Assembly (NCBI GenBank): GCA_039815375.1
Contig: JBCBZJ010000038.1
Span: 1-20,320 of the forward strand
DNA: 20,320 bases
DNA from: Verrucomicrobiota bacterium
Lineage (GTDB): Bacteria; Verrucomicrobiota; Verrucomicrobiia; Opitutales; Coraliomargaritaceae
Direction: 5' to 3'
Position 1 is the first letter of the stretch; every line of letters begins with the position of its first letter. Position numbers and translations under genes: made by a program. Below, piece after piece: positions 8,934-18,153 of this stretch. A model generated the notes under the pieces. It searched no databases and was not told the DNA's origin. It saw nothing but the letters and a program-made list of their open reading frames with translations.

Positions 8934-10121
8934 ATGTTCTTACCCACAAAAACTGCTGCTCGCAACGCTCTGAACGCTTTTCTTCCAAAGAGCGGTTCTT
9001 TATACGCCGCCGAGCGCAACTACGACAATGGACCGGGCGAAGATTCCAGCGTCTCCCGTCTTTCGCCATGGATCCGGACGCGGATACTGCCCGAGTGGGA
9101 AGTCGTCGGTCAGGTCCTTCAGTGTCATAGCGAATCTGCTGCATCGAAGTTCATCGACGAGGTTTGCTGGCGCACCTATTGGAAAGGATGGCTTCAACTG
9201 CGACCTTCGGTCTGGGACAGCTATCTTGCCGAGCGAAACAAACTAATCAGAGAATTTAAGAAAAACATCGGCTACGGCGAAGCCATCGAAGGCCGCACTG
9301 GAATAGACTGCTTCGATGCGTGGAATACTCAGCTGACCGAGACAAACTACCTCCACAATCACGCTCGTATGTGGTATGCCAGCATTTGGATACATACACT
9401 AAAGCTACCATGGCAGCTCGGCGCTGACTGGTTTTACCGGCATCTCCTTGATGGTGACGCAGCATCCAACACGCTCAGTTGGCGCTGGGTCGCTGGCCTA
9501 CACACCCGCGGAAAGACCTACCTCGCACGGCCGGACAACATAAGGAAATACACGAGCGAGCGATTCGAGGTGACCGCACGACTCGCCAAAGAGCCAGTCG
9601 TTCTCGAAGAATTGAATTTACCCAAACCACGCGAACTCCAGCCCAACCGGAACGTCCCTCAGGATTGTCGAATCGGTCTACTCATAACGGAAGAGGACTT
9701 GAGCGCTTTCGATTGGCTCGGCGAACAAACAGACTTTGTCGAGCGGGCCGCCTTTTTCTCCGCAGCCTCATACAAAGCACTCGATATCGTTTCGGAAGTC
9801 GTTCACTTCCGTCGTCAGAGCCTTCGAAGCATCGTCCAAAATCCTCTGCTTGAAGAGACCGCCCAAATTGCTGAATGGGCAAAGGCCTGCAAACTGGATA
9901 GTATCGTGATGGCAGAGCCCAAGGCAGGCATGGATCAAGCTTCTTTCAATCAAATCAAGAGTTGCTTGTCCGAATCAAGTATCGGGCTCTATACCGTCCG
10001 TCACTGGTGGGACGATACACTCTACCCGAATGCGACGCACGGTTTCTTCCGTTTCAAACAAGCCATCCCTTTCGCTTTGGATCGATTGCGCAGCAGCCCT
10101 CTACGCCAGACCGCCTCATGA
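8934..10121 (+). CDS. Short photolyase with N-terminal FAD domain (inverted topology, NewPHL-type)
   Basis: 395 aa. FAD-domain motifs start right at the N-terminus: Y...[43 protein letters not shown] and [19 protein letters not shown]. There is no N-terminal WF+.DLR antenna motif. An alpha/beta-like C-terminal part ends in WD..LYP.AT.GFF.FK. Confidence 0.88.
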   Translation: MFLPTKTAARNALNAFLPKSGSLYAAERNYDNGPGEDSSVSRLSPWIRTRILPEWEVVGQVLQCHSESAASKFIDEVCWRTYWKGWLQLRPSVWDSYLAERNKLIREFKKNIGYGEAIEGRTGIDCFDAWNTQLTETNYLHNHARMWYASIWIHTLKLPWQLGADWFYRHLLDGDAASNTLSWRWVAGLHTRGKTYLARPDNIRKYTSERFEVTARLAKEPVVLEELNLPKPRELQPNRNVPQDCRIGLLITEEDLSAFDWLGEQTDFVERAAFFSAASYKALDIVSEVVHFRRQSLRSIVQNPLLEETAQIAEWAKACKLDSIVMAEPKAGMDQASFNQIKSCLSESSIGLYTVRHWWDDTLYPNATHGFFRFKQAIPFALDRLRSSPLRQTAS

Positions 10122-10339
10122 ATTCCGGTCGAAAGATAGAAGCCAGACGCCAGCCAAACAACTGCGGGCATCAGGTGACCTACGAAATAGGCACGTCCCG
10201 CAAGGTTTACCGCTTTGAGGACCGCACTGATGAGGAACTTTCGCCACACGGAGCGGGCTCTTACCACGACCCTGCACACCACAATCAGTTAATGGACAGG
10301 TTAGAAGACTATATCCGCAACAATCAAAAAACTCAATGA
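10118..10339 (+). CDS. Hypothetical 73 aa soluble protein
   Basis: ATG 10118 overlaps the photolyase TGA and its own TGA overlaps the next ATG (ATGA at both ends), exactly filling the gap. No family recognised. Confidence 0.65.
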   Translation: MNSGRKIEARRQPNNCGHQVTYEIGTSRKVYRFEDRTDEELSPHGAGSYHDPAHHNQLMDRLEDYIRNNQKTQ

Positions 10340-10665
10340 ACGAGATTCTGATCCTAATATGCCTAGTGTCATTTCTCGGTTATGGCATCAGCTGCCTGTT
10401 CTCCAAACACATGGTCACCGAGTTCGCGAGGTATGGTTTGCCCAAGTATCGCGTGTTGACCGGGGCGCTTCAAGTCGTTGCTGCGATTGCCCTACTAATC
10501 GGTCTAAAGGCACCATGGATCGGAGGTATTGCTGCAGCGGGTCTTTCCATGCAAATGGCCTGCGGTCTAGGGGTCCGTGTCAAAATCGGAGACCCTTGGT
10601 ATCTCTGTCTGCCCGCGGCGTTCTATATGCTGCTCTGTGGCTACCTCGCCATACAACTTCTATGA
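10336..10665 (+). CDS. DoxX-like family membrane protein
   Basis: 109 aa, about 4 hydrophobic segments, [15 protein letters not shown] motif. Confidence 0.8.
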   Translation: MNEILILICLVSFLGYGISCLFSKHMVTEFARYGLPKYRVLTGALQVVAAIALLIGLKAPWIGGIAAAGLSMQMACGLGVRVKIGDPWYLCLPAAFYMLLCGYLAIQLL

Positions 10666-10672
10666 TTCCAGC

Positions 10673-11032
10673 TTAAAAAAGTATGATTAATGACATCGCC
10701 AACATCAGACTGGCAGGAAGGTAGCGAATCAAGGGGTCTTTGACCTTAGCATGCATCAAAACCGCACCAAGCATCAAAGTGGCCATTAGGGCCGCTCCGG
10801 GAAGGACGAGTGCAGGCCATACAAAGCCCAATAAGAGAAGCGCAGCAGCAGACAATTTGAGAGTTCCGATGATGTAGAAGAACGCTTCAGGTAGACCGTA
10901 AGCCATAAACTCCCCCTTCAAATCTTTGGCGTCGCCTCCGCGATAGGCGGTCGCTCTCTTAGAACGGAGGAGCCAGACATTCAGAATACCGAGCGGAATG
11001 ACGAGCTGAAGGATTGTGCTTACAGTTCCCAT
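10673..11032 (-). CDS. DoxX-like family membrane protein
   Basis: NVWLLR....T.YRGG.A..LK.EF.AYGLP and LMLGAV.MH.KVKDP....LPA motifs; about 4 TM segments. Confidence 0.85.
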   Translation of the reverse strand: MGTVSTILQLVIPLGILNVWLLRSKRATAYRGGDAKDLKGEFMAYGLPEAFFYIIGTLKLSAAALLLLGFVWPALVLPGAALMATLMLGAVLMHAKVKDPLIRYLPASLMLAMSLIILF

Positions 11033-11253
11033 AATCGTTGTTATAAGAAAACGTGCTGGTCCACGGCAACTTACATTTTCGCTATGCCTGAATCAAAACC
11101 CGGATCAACAACGCAAACAGGATATGGCGAGTTCAGAAATTTGGGTTCTGATTCTGCGAAAAACACCCGAAAGACTCGTTTATAACCCCCTTTCCTCGAT
11201 CTTATTCTTTTTCAGCAGACTTGTCAGCGAAGCATCATTTGAGAAGCTACTGT

Positions 11254-11712
11254 ATGTCCATCGAAGCTCTTGATCAGCGCATTACCAGTTTCATGCGTGA
11301 GTTTTACCCGACAGCAACTCGTCTTTCTTTCGCTGTCATCTTCATCTGGTTTGGCGCTTTGAAGCCGCTCGGACTCTCAGCCGCGGAGTCACTTGTCCTC
11401 AGCACCGTTGCATGGATGCCACTTCTAAGCGCCCCGGTGTGGCTCGCAATCATCGGCTGTTGGGAAATCGCAATCGGGCTCTTCTTCATCAGCAAGCGCA
11501 CCACTCGACTCGCGATCCTGCTTCTTTTCCTACAGATGAGCGGCACCTTCCTGCCCCTATTCATTCTACCCGAAGTCACCTTCCAGCCAGGCGGCATCCC
11601 ATTCCTCCCCACCATAGAAGGACAATACATCATCAAAAACCTGATGATTCTCTCGGGTGCACTCGTGTTCGGTAGTCTTGTCCGCCAGAAAGAAATGAGT
11701 GACTCTCCCTGA
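11254..11712 (+). CDS. DoxX-superfamily membrane protein (DUF417/RclC-like)
   Basis: RLSFAVIFIWFGALK, IG.WEIAIG, GTFLPL and PT.EGQYIIKN motifs. ATG 11254 preferred over TTG 11221. Confidence 0.78.
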   Translation: MSIEALDQRITSFMREFYPTATRLSFAVIFIWFGALKPLGLSAAESLVLSTVAWMPLLSAPVWLAIIGCWEIAIGLFFISKRTTRLAILLLFLQMSGTFLPLFILPEVTFQPGGIPFLPTIEGQYIIKNLMILSGALVFGSLVRQKEMSDSP

Positions 11713-11816
11713 AATTCCATAGCCCAGGCCTGGATTTCTCAGTCATCTAAAATCGAAATCCATTTCGAAAGTCGATTTCCGCTTCCGCTGATTTGGATAC
11801 TGAGGAGAAATATCGT

Positions 11817-11834
11817 TTTGATTCATGTATCAAA
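11817..11834. promoter_or_regulatory. 18 bp near-perfect palindrome, candidate operator upstream of the ycaQ-like gene
   Basis: TTTGATTCATGTATCAAA matches its reverse complement at 16 of 18 positions and ends 19 nt before the ATG. Confidence 0.4.
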
Positions 11835-11853
11835 CGCTCCCTGACTATACTGT

Positions 11854-12936
11854 ATGGGCAAATCACTCGAACAGTTCAGGAAACGGGTCATCCGTAGCAG
11901 CCTGTTCCCGGCGGCTGACATCGGCTCCGCCATTGAACGACTCGGTTTCCTCCAGGCAGATCCTATTCGCTGCCCCGCGCGTGCTCAGGATCTCATCTTG
12001 AGGCAACGGGTAAGGCACTACAAAGCGGGTGATCTGGAAAGGCACTACGCCGACCTCGAAATTGAGGAGTGCTTCCTCTTCGCCTATGGATTTGCCCCCA
12101 AAGGCATTTGGAATGTCATCTATCCAAAGTCACACGCGGCACTGTCCGCTTCGGAAAAGAAGGTGCTTCACACTATGAAACAGTCCGGGCCAGTCGATTC
12201 CCGAGGGCTCGAAAAACAGACCGGAAGGAAGCGTGTGACCAACTATTGGGGCGGTTCTTCCCGTCAGGCAAAGATGTGCCTGGAGTCACTTCACGACAGC
12301 GGACTGGTTCGCGTCGCACATCGGGAAAAAGGAATACGATTCTACGAGACGGCTGAAACGCCACGCTCGGATACATCCGAAGAGGACCGATTTAAGGAAG
12401 TTCTTCTCGTTGCTCTTCGAAGCATCGGACCAACGACGCAGAAATTTCTACTCAGTGAGATCGCCCATTTCAGATACCTCGTCGATGACGCCAAAGATCG
12501 ACGAGCCAAACTTCAGGAACTCATCGACGCAGGTAAAATCCGCGCCGATTCAATCGGTTCCGTGGAATATCTCTCGGCCTGCGACCTTACGCTCAGCCGC
12601 ACCCCACTCGACCGGGTGCGCATCCTTGCACCCTTCGACCCTATCGTCCGCGATCGCGCACGGTTCGAACACCTTTGGGGCTGGGAGTATCGCTTCGAAG
12701 CTTATGTGCCCTCTCAAAAACGAAAGCTCGGCTACTACGCCATGCCGGTCCTCTGGCGAGACGACATCATCGGCTGGGCTAACGCAAACATCAGTCAGGG
12801 AAAGCTCTTCGTGGAATTCGGCTATACAGATCAACGCCCTAGCGGGCCGATTTTTAAAGAGGCGGCCGAACACGAAGCCGCTGCCATGGCCAAGTTCCTC
12901 GGGCTCGACGGTTCAGCCGTGCGCACTAAACTCTAG
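11854..12936 (+). CDS. ycaQ: YcaQ-like (HTH_42/AlkZ superfamily) crosslink-repair DNA glycosylase
   Basis: LQADP (QxD motif of YcaQ-like enzymes) and C-terminal ILAPFDPIVRDR.R...LWGWEYRFEAYVP..KRK.GYYAMPVLW. Confidence 0.88.
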   Translation: MGKSLEQFRKRVIRSSLFPAADIGSAIERLGFLQADPIRCPARAQDLILRQRVRHYKAGDLERHYADLEIEECFLFAYGFAPKGIWNVIYPKSHAALSASEKKVLHTMKQSGPVDSRGLEKQTGRKRVTNYWGGSSRQAKMCLESLHDSGLVRVAHREKGIRFYETAETPRSDTSEEDRFKEVLLVALRSIGPTTQKFLLSEIAHFRYLVDDAKDRRAKLQELIDAGKIRADSIGSVEYLSACDLTLSRTPLDRVRILAPFDPIVRDRARFEHLWGWEYRFEAYVPSQKRKLGYYAMPVLWRDDIIGWANANISQGKLFVEFGYTDQRPSGPIFKEAAEHEAAAMAKFLGLDGSAVRTKL

Positions 12937-13151
12937 ATTCTCTGCCGGCACCCTTCCAAGCCATGACAAGCAGTTGCCTGGCTGCGATGATACGCTGGGT
13001 AAAAAACCTCGGGATGTAATCTCGTTTAGTTCATCCTCCAGTTGGGAAAATAAGTAATCAGTTCTCTTTCGAAGACTCTCCTCAGTTTCGTTTGACCTAG
13101 AAAAAATCAGGGAGTAAGAGCAGTTACACAATAACATGTTCGATAAAGAAA

Positions 13152-13778
13152 ATGAAACATAACCGCATTTTTCGAATTCCAGAACCTCATGAATGGAAGA
13201 TAAGCCATTCGATTGCAGTAATTCTGGTTCCGATGAATCTGCTACTATTGTTAGCCTTCGTAGAAATTTACGGCATTTCCGATGCCGTTAATGAACACCC
13301 GGTAGCTTCGCTCTCATTTATAGTAGCAGCCTGCGGCTTTCTCTTTACTGTATTCACATTTTGGGTGAACCGAGTCACCAAAATTCGAGCGGGTCGCCCA
13401 GATCTTAGTATTACCATTATACATAAAAAGGTGGATGATGTTACGGCGGGATACTACCTTCATAATCATGGTGTAGGAGCTGCAAGAATCAAAGAATTTT
13501 ACTACCTTGATACGAAGTCGGGAGCGAAGTTTCAGACTAAAGGTGATGCTCCTGCATTTATGAAAAAAGCCCAAATACCGCCAGGCGTGTTTTCGTGTTA
13601 CTTATTTGATAGGGACGAACCGCTTAGTTCAAATCAACCGAAAAAAATTGTTCAATTTCTTAATCCTAATGAAGAAGAAACAATTAAAGACTTTATAGGT
13701 AGAATTCAGATCTTTGTTAAGTATGAGGGCCCCAGTGGAAAACAGTTTGAACGCAGGCGTGAACCGATGCTGCCCTAA
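13152..13778 (+). CDS. Hypothetical AT-rich membrane-anchored protein (2 N-terminal TM helices plus soluble beta-rich domain)
   Basis: 208 aa ORF with two hydrophobic segments followed by RPDLSI...YYLHNHGVGAARI; visibly lower GC than its neighbours. Confidence 0.7.
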   Translation: MKHNRIFRIPEPHEWKISHSIAVILVPMNLLLLLAFVEIYGISDAVNEHPVASLSFIVAACGFLFTVFTFWVNRVTKIRAGRPDLSITIIHKKVDDVTAGYYLHNHGVGAARIKEFYYLDTKSGAKFQTKGDAPAFMKKAQIPPGVFSCYLFDRDEPLSSNQPKKIVQFLNPNEEETIKDFIGRIQIFVKYEGPSGKQFERRREPMLP

Positions 13779-13864
13779 GATCATTAGACGTGACGAACAA
13801 CGACTAAGCTGCTCTATTCCAATTAGCCGCAGGTTTGCGCAATCAGGTGGCACCATAGTTCGAG

Positions 13865-13893
13865 GCAGGGGGCCTACCCTCAGGCCTCCCTGC
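13865..13893. terminator. GC-rich hairpin between convergent genes (possible terminator or mRNA 3' stabiliser)
   Basis: GCAGGGGGCCT-accctc-AGGCCtCCCTGC forms 11 bp with one bulge and abuts the DUF1772 stop. No clear U-tract on either side. Confidence 0.4.
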
Positions 13894-14391
13894 TTAGAGG
13901 ATGAAGAGAACGAGTATCAGGATTATGGATACAACTGTCGCGATGGTGGTGCGAAAGTGATTGGAGCGATTCCAGGTAGCTTCGAAGCGCTGACGTGCAG
14001 CGGTGACCGCCGCGTCGTTGGACTGGGCAACCGGAACAGCTTGTAATCTATTATTGTGCGGCACGTTGACCTTAAAGGTCGGCGCTTGCACTCCGGCGAT
14101 GTAGAGGAGGTTGGCAGCAAAAAGAAGCCACTGGGGAAGGCCATCGAGCTGCCAGAAGCCCATAATGGAGACGGCGAAGAGCGAGAGGATGGAGCCGACC
14201 CAGACGAACCCGAAGAGCAACTGGCCATCCTGGATAATGCCGTCGATAACTTGAAAGGCTCTAACGAATCCCCTGTCATCGAGATTGCTGATACCCGGCA
14301 TAACGACAGTCGAGAAGGTGAAGACGAGTCCGGCGACCATTGTGGTGCTGAGGGCAGCAAAGACCAGGAGTGTGTTGAATAGGATGCTCAT
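13894..14391 (-). CDS. DUF1772 / anthrone oxygenase family membrane protein
   Basis: AGLVFTFSTVVMPG...L.D..F..AFQ.ID, T..VNVP.NN.L and AR..FE..WNR.N..RT motifs. Confidence 0.88.
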   Translation of the reverse strand: MSILFNTLLVFAALSTTMVAGLVFTFSTVVMPGISNLDDRGFVRAFQVIDGIIQDGQLLFGFVWVGSILSLFAVSIMGFWQLDGLPQWLLFAANLLYIAGVQAPTFKVNVPHNNRLQAVPVAQSNDAAVTAARQRFEATWNRSNHFRTTIATVVSIILILVLFIL

Positions 14392-14573
14392 GATATTGAT
14401 TCAGCTTGGTGATTTACAATGAAGGTTTGAGCGCGAGGAGAGTTTGCGCCCTCTCCTGTTCTTTCAGGCCCATTCAGCTTGCGCAGCAGAGAGGTTGACG
14501 AAGCCTCCTTTGCTGCGCTCTAGCTTATGAGCCGGTTCAGCAATTTATCCGGCACAACAAGAGGATATCCATA

Positions 14574-15677
14574 TTAATCATTGAGGAGAATGCACATCAC
14601 ATCCGGTATGTTGAAAACACGGTTACGGGGAAAGGTTAGCTCGCCTGATTCGGGGTCGACTTCGAAGACGGCGACAGTGTTTGATTTTCTTCCTGCTGCG
14701 AGGAGCCAACGACCGGTTACATCCATATTGATATTTCTGGGCCAGGAACCACGGATCGGTTCAACTTCAATCACATTCAGTTCACCGGTTTCAATGTCCG
14801 CCTCATAGGCGGTGACACTATCGTGCCCACGATTACCAGTATAAATGAAACGTCCGTTCGGATGAATGATGATCTCAGATGAAGAATTGAAGCTCTCCTC
14901 AGCCTTTACCTTTTCACTGAGGGCAGGCGCTGTACTGAGGCGCTCGGCCCTACCGGTTTCCGGGTGGTAGGCAAACGTCGTTACCGACAGAGAAAGTTCG
15001 TTGAGCAAATAGATAAAACGACCGTCTCTTGAAAAGCGCATATGGCGTGGACCGCTTCCGGGAAGGGCCTTGATAACACCATCCGCTTCAAGTCTGCCAA
15101 GATCTTGATCAACTCGATAGGTAATAATCTGATCGAGACCCAGATCGGGCACGAAAGCAAAACGTCCATCCGGAGAAAAGCCGACCCAATGGGGATGAGG
15201 AGCGGCCTGCCGGTTAGCGACCACTCCCGAGGCACCCTCGTGTTCAATCAGTTGGCTCCTTTCGCCGACACGCCCATCGGGTTGCAAGGGAAAGACTGCT
15301 ACAGAACCACCGCCATACTGGGCCGTTAAGAGAAAACGGCCTGAAGGATGAACTGCAATGTGGCAGCCACCTCCATCACCAATAGGTGAGGCATTATAAA
15401 AGATAAGGCTACCGTCCGCCTCAATCCGGTATGCAGCAACCACAGGCTCTTTCTCGATTTCGGCGACTGCATAGAGAACAGTCCGTTGCGGATGGAAAGT
15501 GAGAAAGCCTGGACGGTTAACTGCAGCAGCTAATTGTATTTTGCTCAGTTGACCACTCTCCAGGTTGAGCCTGGCACGGTAGATCCCTTCCCCTTTCCCA
15601 CCGGTGCCAAAGTAAACAACTGTGGCGTGTAAGGGAATAGCCAGGAGAAAGCCGAAAAGAACAAGAAAGCGTAACAT
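14574..15677 (-). CDS. pgl: Lactonase family 7-bladed beta-propeller (6-phosphogluconolactonase Pgl/YbhE-like), with signal peptide
   Basis: Repeated HP/SPDGRF blades; [33 protein letters not shown] and G.WPRN motifs; N-terminal signal-like segment. Confidence 0.88.
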   Translation of the reverse strand: MLRFLVLFGFLLAIPLHATVVYFGTGGKGEGIYRARLNLESGQLSKIQLAAAVNRPGFLTFHPQRTVLYAVAEIEKEPVVAAYRIEADGSLIFYNASPIGDGGGCHIAVHPSGRFLLTAQYGGGSVAVFPLQPDGRVGERSQLIEHEGASGVVANRQAAPHPHWVGFSPDGRFAFVPDLGLDQIITYRVDQDLGRLEADGVIKALPGSGPRHMRFSRDGRFIYLLNELSLSVTTFAYHPETGRAERLSTAPALSEKVKAEESFNSSSEIIIHPNGRFIYTGNRGHDSVTAYEADIETGELNVIEVEPIRGSWPRNINMDVTGRWLLAAGRKSNTVAVFEVDPESGELTFPRNRVFNIPDVMCILLND

Positions 15678-15948
15678 TCTGCTACGCTAGTAAATATATT
15701 CAAAAAGCACAGGCAAAAGGCTCCAAGGTAGAGTCTCGAGATTATACCCAAGTTCACGCACTTCCTGTGTTAACTCCAAAGGAGAAGACTCGACCCCACC
15801 TCAATCCGGATTTTGAGCCATTCAACGACGTCACAAACGAGGCAGGAGGGTCTGAAACGGTCCGCAGTGTCTTATTGTGCGGCAGACAAATCAACTTCTC
15901 GGGCTATACTACAGCAGACCGCGCAGATCTGATCCTGCTAAAACGGTT

Positions 15949-17565
15949 TTAAGAGTCCTCGCGCAAGTGCCAGCTATGCGCCAAATCTGGTCGTTGCTGT
16001 CTGAATACGTGGTAGATGTGGTTCGCAAAGCCATTTCCTGCCTCATGATAGAGGTTGAAAGCAGTATCGAGACCGAGCTCACGAAGTTCCTTCACTTCAT
16101 CATCGAACTTGCCGGTTGAGGCGACAACTCCGTTGAAGCCCTGCCCTTTGAGCGATTCCGCAGCATGGACATTGGAGCCGTGTTTCGGCATGGCCAAAAT
16201 TGCAAGGTCGATACAATCGCTCACACAAATTCGCCGCCAAAAGTCAGAGTCCGTCGCATCGGCCAGGAGGACATTACGCCCCTGACCACGATGGTATTCC
16301 ACCGAATCAGGATCGCGATCAAAGCCAATGACTTTGCCCGGAAAACGCTCCTGCAGATAGCGATATGCAGATATGCCAACCCTCCCCATCCCGAAGATTG
16401 CGATTCGGTGCGAACCGATATCGATCGGTAAATCGTCTGGATGTGTGCCCTTCGTCTCGAAGCCCTTAAGGAATTTACGACGCGGCTCGTAGATCCCTTC
16501 GCCCTTTCGGGAAAGCGGCGCTGCAATCAAGATGCTAAAGGAAAGCGCGAGGGCCATAGCAACGAGCCAATCACTGCCAAGCCACCCCTGGGAAACTGCC
16601 AAAGCCAATACAATGAGCCCAAATTCACTGTAGGTTGAAAGCGTCAGGCCGGACATCCACGAGGTCCGGGCACGTAAGTGGAAGCGCGTGAAGAGAAAAA
16701 AGAAACCGATGCTCTTGAGCGGAAGAAGTAATATGAAAAACAAAGCCCAAAGCAGTGCCTGAAACGACAGCGAGCCCTGCAAGCCGATCTGTAGGAAAAA
16801 TCCGATCAGGAGCAGGTCCGTCACACCAGAAAGAGACTTACTGAGCTCTTTGGACTTCGGATGGGACCCTACCAGAACACCAATAAAAAGCGCCCCGAGA
16901 TCGGCCTTCATCCCGACTATACTAAAACCCTCGGCACCCACGACAAGGGCCAGGAAAAGACCGCACAGTGCAATCATCTCGCCATGCCCGGAACGTCCAA
17001 TCAAACCGCGAATCCATTTTCGTCCAAAAAGCAAAGCAGCTAGGAGCGGAAGCGCCCAGAGCGTTGGAACCTTGCCGGTGCTGAAAGTCAGGAAGAGCAC
17101 TGCCAGAATATCCTGCATGATCAGGACGCCAATCGCGATACGCCCATGCATCGCTCCCATGTCTCCGCTTTCATTAAGGCTTTTAACCGCAAAAACCGTA
17201 CTCGAAAAACTGAGGGCAAAAGCGATCAGCAAAGCAGTTTTCCACTCCAGACCCAGTGCCTGTCCTGCAATAGCACCCAAACCGACGATCGCCGGAGTGA
17301 AGATCAAAAGCACGAGCAAAACATGAATTGAAGTGCCGCCCCAAATCTCCGGGCGAGCCAACGTGCGTAGCCGGAGTTTTACTCCGATGCTGAACAGCAT
17401 AAGGGTGACCCCGACACTCGCCATCGTATCCAGCATAGGACCCCCGGTCTTGCCCATCGCCTGAAGAACGAAACCGGAAACAAGGAAGCCGACCAATGGT
17501 GGCAGCTTCATTTGCTGAGCAACCAGTCCGAAAGCAAAGGCAATTGCGACAAGCAGGGCGTCCAT
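15949..17565 (-). CDS. CPA2 cation:proton antiporter (Kef-type) with C-terminal TrkA-N/RCK domain
   Basis: LPPLVGFL, ALSFSSTVFAVK, IGVLIMQD, SEFGLI and Rossmann IFGMGRVG motifs; more than 10 TM segments. Confidence 0.92.
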   Translation of the reverse strand: MDALLVAIAFAFGLVAQQMKLPPLVGFLVSGFVLQAMGKTGGPMLDTMASVGVTLMLFSIGVKLRLRTLARPEIWGGTSIHVLLVLLIFTPAIVGLGAIAGQALGLEWKTALLIAFALSFSSTVFAVKSLNESGDMGAMHGRIAIGVLIMQDILAVLFLTFSTGKVPTLWALPLLAALLFGRKWIRGLIGRSGHGEMIALCGLFLALVVGAEGFSIVGMKADLGALFIGVLVGSHPKSKELSKSLSGVTDLLLIGFFLQIGLQGSLSFQALLWALFFILLLPLKSIGFFFLFTRFHLRARTSWMSGLTLSTYSEFGLIVLALAVSQGWLGSDWLVAMALALSFSILIAAPLSRKGEGIYEPRRKFLKGFETKGTHPDDLPIDIGSHRIAIFGMGRVGISAYRYLQERFPGKVIGFDRDPDSVEYHRGQGRNVLLADATDSDFWRRICVSDCIDLAILAMPKHGSNVHAAESLKGQGFNGVVASTGKFDDEVKELRELGLDTAFNLYHEAGNGFANHIYHVFRQQRPDLAHSWHLREDS

Positions 17566-17697
17566 AGCTAAATCACAAAGCTAATTTCGTGCCCGTGGAT
17601 AGTTGGAAACCTTTTGCAGGGGCCCTTATACCATCGAGTCCGCCTCAGACTCATAAAGAGGTAAGAACCCACACCGGAACTTAAATCAAAAACAAGT

Positions 17698-18102
17698 TTA
17701 ATGCTTCGTTTTGTATTCAGGAGGCTGCTCTGCCACCATTTGAGCCGCAGCAGTTTCCGGATACATCCGCAGGTAACCTCGAATCTTGTCCACAATCCAA
17801 AGCTTTGCATCCCCATATCCCTCTTTCAGTGCTGCACCTTGGATAATCTCCCACTCCAGCTCATTAAACTGCAATATGGAAGAACGAGCTTCAATTTCAG
17901 CATTACTGAAAGGCAACTCACCATGCATCAAAAGGCGAAATACTTTCTTTTCGCACTCACTGATACCACGCTGACCCAACTCAATCTTGGTCACGGCAAT
18001 CTTCTTTAAACCAACCAGACCACCAAATTCATCCTGAGTCAGACCATTTTTCTTCCGCCAAGCGCGGACACTCTCTTTATTGATATCATTACTCGCAGCC
18101 AC
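17698..18102 (-). CDS. XRE-family helix-turn-helix transcriptional regulator with extra C-terminal domain
   Basis: VRAWRKKNGLTQDEFGGLVGL....VTKIELGQR.IS is a typical HTH_3 pattern; GTG start at 18102. Confidence 0.85.
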   Translation of the reverse strand: MAASNDINKESVRAWRKKNGLTQDEFGGLVGLKKIAVTKIELGQRGISECEKKVFRLLMHGELPFSNAEIEARSSILQFNELEWEIIQGAALKEGYGDAKLWIVDKIRGYLRMYPETAAAQMVAEQPPEYKTKH

Positions 18103-18153
18103 ACCCGACGACTGTCGTTTTTTATTCGATAAAGCAACTTTTTTTATTGATTA

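Noticed and set aside
11083..11107. TGATCC...GCATA on the minus strand resembling an RpoE-ChrR (singlet oxygen) promoter
   Set aside because: Spacing and -10 element deviate from the consensus as I recall it, the 8895 copy has no matching -10, and no rpoE/chrR is in the window.
12913..13137. 74 aa minus-strand ORF in the gap after ycaQ
   Set aside because: It has a helical-looking stretch but no recognisable family, overlaps the ycaQ end, and leaves only 14 bp for divergent promoters. It may be a remnant, but I cannot support it.
14430..14475. GAAA...GGGCGCAAA on the minus strand resembling a c-di-GMP-I riboswitch; also GCACAGGCAAA at 15707 on the plus strand
   Set aside because: Each has only one half of the motif; the paired GCAAAC/GNRA/CGCAAAG architecture is missing.
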